A stretch of 64,000 nucleotides of DNA from Octopus vulgaris (lineage: Eukaryota), in NCBI GenBank assembly GCA_951406725.2, contig OX597841.1, positions 26,164,001-26,228,000 of the forward strand, in the 5' to 3' direction. A program made the translations under genes and the position numbers. Below are positions 53,884 to 64,000 of the stretch, piece by piece. Below the pieces are notes generated by a model that saw only the letters and a program-made list of their open reading frames with translations, was not told the DNA's origin and searched no databases. Numbering within the stretch: the stretch's first letter is position 1; the number at the start of each line of letters is the position of its first letter.

Positions 53884-54229
53884 GCTTCTTTCAGTTTCCG
53901 TCTCCGAAATCCACTCACAAGGCTTTGGTCGGCCCGAGGTTATAGTAGAAGACACTTGCTCATGTATGTATGTATGTATGTATGTATGTATGTATGTATG
54001 TATGTATGTATGTATGTATGTATGTATGTATGTATGTATGTATGTATGTATGTACGTACGTATGTCTGTGTGTCTAATACTCACACACACACAAACATAA
54101 ATGCATATATATTCTTTTACTCGTTTCAACCATGCGGCCGTGGTCATGGTGGAACACCACCATATATACACCTACCTATATATATATATCTATATATACA
54201 TATAATATATATACGCAGAGAGATGTAAA

Positions 54230-54264
<35 letters not shown>

Positions 54265-54633
54265 GCACACACATAAATGTATATATATATATATATATAT
54301 ACATACACGTCGCTTTAGTCAAAACACAGAACATGTGGTTGCAGCGTCTCCCAATTGCGTCCGTTTCTTATTCGTGACATGTCTTCCGCACACTTAACCC
54401 CAACGACATGTCCTCCCCCTTTCTCTCCTTGGCAATCACGCCTCGGACGTCTTCGCTACTTAACACGTAGACATAGTAATAAAGCTGCCGATGAGGTTTC
54501 AATCTCAGTGTGCGTGTCGAGTGTTTTCATTTATTTTTTTCTTTTGTGTCTGCGTGTAAATGCGTAGCTATGTATGCAATATATGTAATCTATGTGTGTA
54601 TGTATGTTTGTATGTATGTATGCATTATTTTGT

Positions 54634-54702
<69 letters not shown>

Positions 54703-54707
54703 GTATA

Positions 54708-54744
<37 letters not shown>

Positions 54745-55065
54745 ATATATGTATGTATATATGTATATATATGTATGTATATATGTATATGTATATATAT
54801 ATATATGTATGTATATATGTATGTGTGTATATGTATATGTATACATGTGTATGTGTGTCTTTAGGTATGTCGGTTTCAATCTACGGACATAAAGACATAC
54901 ACACACACATGTATGTATGTGTGTTTATATATGTAAAATCAAATGAATATATATAGACGTGTGTATATATATATACATGGAGAGAAAGAGAGAGAGAGAA
55001 GGAGGTGAAAGAGACAGTGAGGGAAATAAATAGATAGACAGATAGATTGATATATATAGATAGAA

Positions 55066-55111
<46 letters not shown>

Positions 55112-55364
55112 CTGCTTTCTCATATACGAGGAAAGCCATTAATGGTAAGAATCATTGAAATGAATCATTGATGGTGCCATTTGAGAACCGCCAAAGATTT
55201 GCTCATTTTGTTTCGTAATATCACATTTGTGCCGGCTGGCAAAAGGAAACGGTGCCACTGTATGAAGTCTTTTGACATGCCTTTTATAATCCTCCAACCG
55301 AACGGCACACCTTTCCACAGGCTGCTCATGTTTTTCTTGTCGAACAATAACTATATATATGGAT

Positions 55365-55746
55365 GGAAGCACTCCGTCGGTTACGACGACGAGGGTTCCG
55401 GTTGATCCGAATCAACGGAACAACCTGCTCGTGAAATTAACGTGTAAGTGGCTGAGCACTCCACAGACACGTGCACCCTTAACGTAGTTCTCGGGGATAT
55501 TCAGCGTGACACAGAGAGTGACAAGGCCGGCCCCTTGAAATACAGGTACAACAGAAACAGGAAGTAAGAGTGAGAGAAAGTTGTGGTGAAAGAGTACAGC
55601 AGGGATCACCACCAACCCCTGCCGGAGCCTCGTGGAGCTTTTACGTGTTTTCGCTCAATAAACACTCACAACGCTTGGTCTGGGAATCGAAACCGCGATC
55701 CTATGACCGCGAGTCCGCTGCCCTAACCACTGGGCCATTGCGCCTC
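55365..55746 (-). mobile_element. SINE family B, full length
   Basis: Reverse complement of the family B unit; TSD AACTATATATAT. Confidence 0.93.
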
Positions 55747-55820
55747 CACAACTATATATATATACTTACTTGGAAAAGGATGCGTGGCGTTCGATCATAT
55801 AATAATATAAATAATATATA

Positions 55821-56195
55821 GGCGCAGGAGTGGCTGTGTGTTAAGTAGCTTGCTTACCAAGCACATGGTTCCGGGTTCAGTCCCACTGCGTGGCATCTTG
55901 GGCAAGTGTCTTCTGCTATAGCCCCGGGCCGACCAATGCGTTGTGAGTGGATTTGGTAGACGCAAACTGAAAGAAGCCTGTGTGTGTATATGTTTGTGTG
56001 TCTTTGTTTGTCCCCCTAGCATTGCTTGACAACCGATGCTGGTGTGTTTACGTCCCCGTCACTTAGCAAAAGAGACCGCTAGAATAAGTACTGGGCTTAC
56101 AAAGAATAAGTCTTAGGGTCGATTTGCTCGACTAAAGGCGGTGCTCCAGCATGACCGCTGTCAAATGACTGAAACAAGTAAAAGAGTAAAAGAGT
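55821..56195 (+). mobile_element. SINE family A
   Basis: Matches the family A unit; short internal microsatellite. Confidence 0.92.
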
Positions 56196-56423
56196 AATAT
56201 ATAAATATATGCATAAATACATACATATATTTATATACCTACACACATATATATATGTATATGTACATGCATATATGGTTACACGACATGAAAAAAAAAA
56301 ATTTGTTGAACACAATGAGAAACGAAAACATAAAAACAAAACATAGAAATGAAATTTTTTTTCGAATAACGTAAAAAACACAAACTGCGAAACGAGACAT
56401 GCAAGATAAAGAATATTCCCCTT

Positions 56424-56627
56424 CTTCAGTTGTCCCTGTTTCATCTACTCCGCTTAACGAAAGCAAGGACAAGACGCGACTTCATTGGAATAGTCCTTCC
56501 CGCAAAGCAAATTAAATAAAATTTGGGATTTTTCGTGGAGGGTGACAGTGGTAACAAGAGCAGGACAGTAAAGCGGTTTGTCCTTGCCTTCGATACGCGG
56601 AGAAGGTGAAACAGGGACAACTGAAGG
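56424..56627. repeat. ~50-bp imperfect inverted repeat with ~105-bp spacer
   Basis: CTTCAGTTGTCCCTGTTTCA...GCAAGGACAA / TTGTCCTTGC...TGAAACAGGGACAACTGAAG. Confidence 0.9.
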
Positions 56628-56968
56628 AATATTATTATTATTATTATTAAAACGGCGAGCTGGCAGAAACGTTAGCACGCCGGACAAAATGCTTAGCGGC
56701 ATTTCGTCCGTCTTTACTATTACAATTATCACCACCACCACCACTACCATCACCACTACCCCACCACCACTACCATCACCACTACCACCACCACTGCTGC
56801 TGCTACTACTAGTATTACTACCACCACCACCACCACCACCACCACAGCCAACGCTACCACCACCCCTACTATTGCTACTGCCACAAATAATCTTCTCCCA
56901 CCACCATTACTACTACTGGTACCACAACCACCACCACCACCACCACCACCACCACCACTACTACTACT

Positions 56969-57006
<38 letters not shown>

Positions 57007-57077
57007 GACGACGACGACGAAAGATATCAATACCACCACTACCACTACTACAACCAACTCCATCATTACTGCTCTAG

Positions 57078-57112
<35 letters not shown>

Positions 57113-57417
57113 GCTTCTGCTGCTGCTGCTGCTGCTACTAGAGTGGGCTGTAGGTCAGTAGTTGATTTATCAGTTCAAATGGAGGTCGAGTGAGGGCTTG
57201 CCTCCCAGGTATCAGCTTTTAAGAAACTCTTATCAGTTCTATTTTACCTACATACATATGTACATACATGGCTCTCTCTCTCTCTCCCCATCCCCATCCC
57301 TCTCACTCTCTCTCTCTCTCTCTCTCAACATATATGTATATATATGTGTGTGTATGTGTGTGTATGTATATATATATATGAGTGTGTATACAGATGAGTG
57401 TATGCATGATTATATAT

Positions 57418-57449
<32 letters not shown>

Positions 57450-57496
57450 GACACATATGTGTATGTACATGTACGTATGTATAAGCACAAGCATGT

Positions 57497-57540
<44 letters not shown>

Positions 57541-57594
57541 CATACATCTATACGTATAAATCTATGTGTGTCTATATCTATATATGGCTGTTCA

Positions 57595-57645
<51 letters not shown>

Positions 57646-58325
57646 GTCCTACCTTTGATTTACACACACACACATATGTATATAATTCTATGTATATATA
57701 TATGTGTGTGTGTGTGTGTGTATAATTGTATATATATATATATGATATATGCAGCATATCTGAATATACATGTAAATGCATTATACACGCACGCACACAC
57801 ACATACGCATGCACATATATGCACGTATGTATATATATATATACACACACACATACATACATACACATTTACACAAATGTTACAGGCGCACGCGCATGCA
57901 AATACACGCGCATAACAACACGCGACCTCTATCGGGCTGTTGTCATCATAATCTTGTTTATATCTTACAATTACTGTTTGATTTTGTATTATCGTTTAAC
58001 TAGACTTTTAAGTTTTCGAAACACACTCGAACCGTACATGTATATGAGTCTATATATATATATGCATCCATGTGTTAATATATACATGCATACACATATA
58101 TACATTTCTATAGATATGTACATATATATATATATATATATGTATGTATATATATATATATATATATATACATATATATTTGCATATGTGTATGTATACA
58201 TGAATGTGTTTTTGTATGTGTATGTCTCCATATACATACATATATATATATACATATATACACATACACACACACATATATATATATTTACACACACACA
58301 CACATATATACATATGTATATTTAC

Positions 58326-58384
<59 letters not shown>

Positions 58385-58480
58385 ATATTTACATATACAT
58401 ATACTTGTATATCTGTGTATGTATACATATATATATATATAATGTATATATATATGTATATATGTGTGTATGTATATATA

Positions 58481-58512
<32 letters not shown>

Positions 58513-58515
58513 CAT

Positions 58516-58611
<96 letters not shown>

Positions 58612-59047
58612 ACTTCTCACTGATAACGAGATGCATCAACCCGCTCGTATTATCAGTGCGGCGTGTGTCGGCCATCGTTGATAGGCGGGAACAGAAGCGG
58701 TTAACGGGCCGAGCGGCGGTATAAGGGCGGGCTGTGAAGAAGAACAGGGGGAGGTAAATCTTCTCCACCGCCTCAGCGGCCGTATCTCTCCGACGAAACA
58801 CTTGTCTTAAGGGGCAAATGAACTTTGTCAAGTTTGTGCTTTGCTGGGGTTTTTTTTTTGTGTGTGTGTGTGTGTGTTGTTCTTGTTCTTTTTTCCAGAA
58901 TTGTTCTTTTACGACTACGACTACTACCACCACCACCACCACCACCACCACCACCACCACCACAGCCAACGCTACCACCACCCCTACTATTGCTACTGCC
59001 ACAAATAATCTTCTCCCACCACCATTACTACTGCTGGTACCACCACC

Positions 59048-59108
<61 letters not shown>

Positions 59109-59149
59109 GTTGCTTTCACTGTTGCTGCTGCTGTTGTTGTTGTTGTTGC

Positions 59150-59181
<32 letters not shown>

Positions 59182-59264
59182 GTTGTTGTGATCGGAAGCT
59201 GGAGAGTTTTTTTTTTGGTTTTTTTTTTTGAAATCTATGAAAATAAACATGTGCTTGTTGATGA

Positions 59265-59295
<31 letters not shown>

Positions 59296-60631
59296 GGTGG
59301 TGGTGGTGATGGTTGTGGTGGTAGTTTTGGCAGTGACGATGGTGTTGGTAGTGGTGGTGGTGGTGGTGGTGTTGGTGGTGGAAACGATGGTGGTGTTGGA
59401 AATGGTGTTTTTGTTATTGTTGTTGCTGTTGGAAGTGGTGTTGGTCCTGGTAGTGATGGTGGTGGTGGCGGTGTTGTTTGTGATAGTGGTGGTGGTTGTA
59501 ATGGTAGTGGTGGTGTTGGTAGTGTTGCTGGTCGTGGTAGTGTTGTTAGTGGTAGAGGTTGTAGGGGTGGTGATGGTAGTGTTGCTGGTGGAAGAGGTGT
59601 TGGTTGTGGTGGTGGTGGCGGTGTTGTTGTTAGTTGTCGTGGCAGGAGTGATAGTGGTGGTTTGTAATGGCAGTGGTGGTGTTGGTCGTGGTAGTGGTGG
59701 TGGTGGCGGTGTTGTTGTTAGTGGTAGTGGTTGTGGTAGAAGTGGTAATGGTGGTTTGGCTTCTATTTCTAACAGTTTTGGATACCGTATAGCAGTCTCC
59801 CTCCTTGGTTCGTACATACATATATGACAGAAGGGTGTGATTTTTGGGAGATTTGGTCGCTATTTCTACCAGGTCTAGTTACCATGTAGAGGTCTCCCTC
59901 ATTAGCTTATGCATACATACATACATACATACATACATACATACATACATACACATACATATCGTTGCTATTATGTTAAACTGTCGTATGTCCAAATTTG
60001 GCCAAATACGTTTTTTTATTTTCTATATTTGATTTTGTTTGGTCAAACTATCGTATCTCCAGCTGCTTCAGATGTCAAAATATCAAAAATTGTCAAAGTG
60101 TAGCACAACGGTTTAGCATTTTCCAAAAGTGTACTAAGTCCCAGAGATAACAGTTTTGCAAAAATATTTCTGACTGAAAACATCATACATGCATGGAGTG
60201 CGGCGGTCAAAAGTTTCCAAAGAAAAAGGTCCACGGGCGGGTCACATAGTTCTAATATCTGTGTAGGTCTTGTATATCTATGTATAATTCGATATACATT
60301 AATCGTGGCACTCCGTCGGTTACGACAACGAGGGTTCCAGCTAGCTATATGACACACGAACCTGTGTCCATTATAACTTTCAAAAATAGAAAACCAGTGG
60401 CTGTATTCCACTGAAATTATGTAAATTATCCTTCGACCAGACGGCCAGCAGCGACGCCTGCTGGGTTTGGCTACTCTGCATTGATAAAGGGCAAATACCC
60501 TGCAACATGTCTGCAGATGCCTGACCAGCAAGGGGAAGCGGCTGACCACGCCTGTGGCCTCTTGGAGCTAATAAACGGCAGCTTTAGTCTTATATTTATG
60601 GACTGCCATATTAGCTTGGCGATAACTGTTA

Positions 60632-60702
<71 letters not shown>

Positions 60703-60708
<6 letters not shown>

Positions 60709-60890
60709 ATCCAAACATGAACAAAGAGAAAAAACAACAACACTAGGACGTGGAACAAGTATAGGGAAGAAAGAAGGAAGATTTAACGTTTCGATCGGAG
60801 CTCTTCATTAGAAACATAGAAAAAGGAAAGGTCCAAGGAAGGGAAGACGGAGAAAAGAATCGTCAACGATACACACCCGGTCACATAATG
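60703..60890 (-). mobile_element. Penelope-type terminal repeat, paralogue of 39148, with mutated hammerhead
   Basis: Minus strand GTTTCTAATGAAGAGCTCCGATCGAAACGTT. Confidence 0.65.
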
Positions 60891-60914
60891 AACATATATA
60901 TATGTATATATATA

Positions 60915-61297
60915 TCTCTCTCTATATAAACGGCAGTTTGTCTGTGTGTGTTTCTGTGTGTCTGTTTGCTTGTACCCTCACTCTGACCACGGCTTTCAAC
61001 CGATTCTGATGAAACTTGACACACACATAGCCCAATGTCATAATTCAAAACTAACGCAGCGAAAATTTTGAAAAGTTCCCCCAGTTCTGAAAAATATCGA
61101 TAAATTCGACATGGGGTCGATAATCAGAAACACAAACCACAGACTGTCTAGGGGACGCAACTCCACCTTTTTAACTCTCAAAAAAATTTACCATCATTTT
61201 TTTCCCATTTTTTTGCTATATTTTGGCTATAACTATCTAAAAATGCTTTATAGTTATTTCCCTTACAAACCCGAGCAACGTCGGGCGATACTGCTAG
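60915..61297 (+). mobile_element. Non-autonomous Helitron with a different 5' body and the same 3' end
   Basis: A|TC start; TAGTTATTTCCCTTACAAACCCGAGCAACGTCGGGCGATACTGCTAG|T end. Confidence 0.85.
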
Positions 61298-61511
61298 TAT
61301 ATATATATACAGCAGACTGCTGGGTGAGATTTGAGGGAAATTTAGCTGCTATTTCTGTCGGGACTAGCTACAATGGGGAAATGTCCCTCGATGGTCACCA
61401 AAAAAATGCATACATAAGACAGTTGGGTGTAACTTCAGGAAGATTTGGCTGCTATTTCTACCACATCTAGCTGCCGTGTGGAGATCACTCTTTTGGCCCA
61501 TTTATTCCAAT

Positions 61512-61663
61512 ATTCTTTTCTACTCTAGGCACAAGTCCCGGAATTTTTGGGGAGGCGGGGCCAGTCGATTAGATCGACCCAGTACGCAACTGGTACTTAA
61601 TTTATCGACCTCCGAAAGGATGAAAGGTGAAGTCGACCTCGGCGGAATTTGAACTCGGAACGT
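61512..61663 (-). mobile_element. SINE family C, alternative-tail variant, head lost
   Basis: CTGGTACTTAATTTATCGACC...GAAAGGATGAAAGG...GGAATTTGAACTC. Confidence 0.8.
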
Positions 61664-61719
61664 AATGACACTGATAATGGCGTCTGTGGCGGTTGTGGTG
61701 GTGGTGGTGGTGGTTTTGA

Positions 61720-62530
61720 TGATAATGATGAAGGAAACTGATGATGACGATGATAATGATGACTATGATGTTGGCGTTGTTGTTGATGATGATGATGATG
61801 ATGCTGATGGTGATAAGAATGATGGTGATGATGATGGACGATGCTGCTGCTGATTATGATCATGGTTATGATGATGACGATGGTGATGATGATGATGATG
61901 ATGATGATGATTATGATGATGATGTCGATAATGGTGGTGATGATGATAGTGATGATGATGTTGATGTCGATGATAGCGTCTTTGATGACGACGATAATGA
62001 TGGTGATGATGATGATGATGATAATAATGATGGTGATGATGATGACGATGCTGCTGATGATTATGATCATGGTTATGATGATGACGATGGTGATGATAAT
62101 CGTGATGATGAGGATGATGATGATGATGATGTCGATAATGGTGATGATGATGTCGATTATGGTGATGATGATGATGATGATGATGATGATAATCGTGATG
62201 GTGGTAATGATGATGATGATAGTGATGATGATGTTGATGTCGATGATAGCGTCTTCGATGATGACGACGATGATGGCGATGATGATGATGACGACGATAA
62301 TGATGGTGATGATGATGATAATGATGGCGATGATGATGATGATAATAATGATGGTGATGATGATGATGATGAAGATGATGATAGTGGTGGCCGCGGTGGT
62401 GAGGATGATAATAAGCATGACGGCGATGATAATGCTGATGATGATCATCATCATGGTGATGATGTTGATGGTGATGATGATGATGACGATGATGGTGGTG
62501 GGGTTGAGGATAATAATGATGTTGATTATG
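61720..62530. repeat. Cryptic (GAT)n repeat with internal block duplications
   Basis: GATTATGATCATGGTTATGATGATGACGATGG and GATGTTGATGTCGATGATAGCGTC each occur twice. Confidence 0.9.
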
Positions 62531-63219
62531 GTGAAATCGGCCGCCATTTTTTATGTGGTTATCTTATCGTTTTATCCTATTAGTGATTGCGGCAGGAGTA
62601 CGAATGGCGGCGGCGTCGGCGTCGGCGATGGTGGAGGTGTCAGTGGTGACGGTGGTGGTGGTGGTAATGGTTGTGGTAGTGGTAGTGGTAATGGTTGTTG
62701 TGGTAGTAACAACGGTGGTTACATACCATGCTCCCGCTTCGGTAGCGGCAGGAGTACGAATGGCGGCGGCGGCGGCGGTGGTGGAGTGTTAGTGGTGACG
62801 GTGGTGGTAATGGTTGTGGTAGTGGTAGTGGTAATGGTTGTGGTGGTGGTAACAACGGTGGTTACATACCATGCTCCCTCCCCTTCGGTAATTTCAGTAC
62901 ACGCTTGCTCCCCTTGCACCCTGCCCTCACCCCGCCGCCGCCACCACCACCACCCTGTTTCCACCCCCTATCCCACTCCTCCCACCTGCTCCATACTCAC
63001 GCCTCCCCCCCACACCCACCACCCCACTTCCATCCAATTTCCTTAATTCCAGTACACAGTTCGTAACTAAACACCGAGAAAGCTTTACTGCTAATTTCGT
63101 GCCGCCCCGCCTCGCTATTTATTACTCCCTCCGTTGTATTTAGGGTGGGAAAAGAATGTACAAAACAATGAAATCTAAAAATAAGAATAAAATAAAAACA
63201 TACACATCCCTACCAATAC

Positions 63220-63264
<45 letters not shown>

Positions 63265-63355
63265 TATAAATACATATATATATATATATGATATATATAT
63301 ATACACATATGTATATATACACATATATATAATGATATATATATACATATATATA

Positions 63356-63421
<66 letters not shown>

Positions 63422-63788
63422 TATAATGATATATATATACATATATATAATGATATATATATATATATACATATATATAATGATATATGTATATATACAT
63501 ACTTATGTAAAAATTCAGATGAATACGGTACTTAAGTTGAGGCACCAGAATTTAGTACGGCATTATCCATACAATTTCAAAATAAGGTGATTAAAATCAA
63601 AATAAGCAACAAGGATATCCAGAGGTAATGCAGTACGATCGTTTTATACAACTCCATTTAATTGAACAATGCAATCATTACATCAATTTAAAATGTAGAG
63701 CAATCTTCAGCTGCACAAAGACATAGAATTTTATTAAATTAGAACAGATGGACATATTACAATAATTATACCTAAAATCTCCAAGAAT

Positions 63789-63919
63789 AAATTTATCGAT
63801 TGTGAAAGGATGAAAGGCAAAGTCGACCTCGGCAGAATTTGAACTCAGAACATAGTGACGAGTGAAATACCGCTAAGCATTTCACCCAGCGTGCTAATGA
63901 TTCTGCCAGCGCACCGCCT
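63789..63919 (-). mobile_element. SINE family C, 5' part
   Basis: GAAAGGATGAAAGGCAAAGTCGACCTCGGC...TGCTAATGATTCTGCCAGC. Confidence 0.82.
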
Positions 63920-64000
63920 TAACAATAATAATAATGATGATGATGATGATGATGATTGTACTTAATTGTCTCAAGGGCAACGGAGGTGGGGAATTACAGA

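Noticed and set aside
55139-55372. Short ORFs in a unique island
   Set aside because: No recognisable motif or convincing splice sites.
60043-60549. 168-aa minus-strand ORF
   Set aside because: Includes a SINE B tail fragment; no motif or convincing splice sites.
61741-62583. Asp-rich ORF resembling acidic shell-matrix proteins
   Set aside because: Cryptic (GAT)n repeat that is open in several frames and on both strands; no signal peptide or unique domain.

Overview
Eukaryotic non-coding DNA that is extremely rich in repeats. The SINE and microsatellite make-up suggests an octopod cephalopod (inference from sequence style only). A large part of the window is simple repeats ((TA)n, (CA)n, (GATA)n, (CATA)n, (GAT)n, (GGT)n, (GAA)n), and nearly all listed ORFs are artefacts of them. 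Three tRNA-derived SINE families occur in many copies. There are remnants of restriction-like-endonuclease (RLE) non-LTR retrotransposons (Dong/R4-like, HERO-like), several sitting specifically in (TAA)n or (CATA)n tracts. Other mobile DNA comprises a Penelope-like GIY-YIG fragment, several Penelope-type termini carrying minimal hammerhead motifs, four non-autonomous Helitrons (two fused head-to-tail) and a hAT-like MITE. No host gene can be named. The best host candidate is a well-formed exon at 24700-24793, followed by a ~160-bp-periodic array of duplicated, same-phase exon-like units (to ~25930). Coordinates were read by eye and may be off by a few bases.
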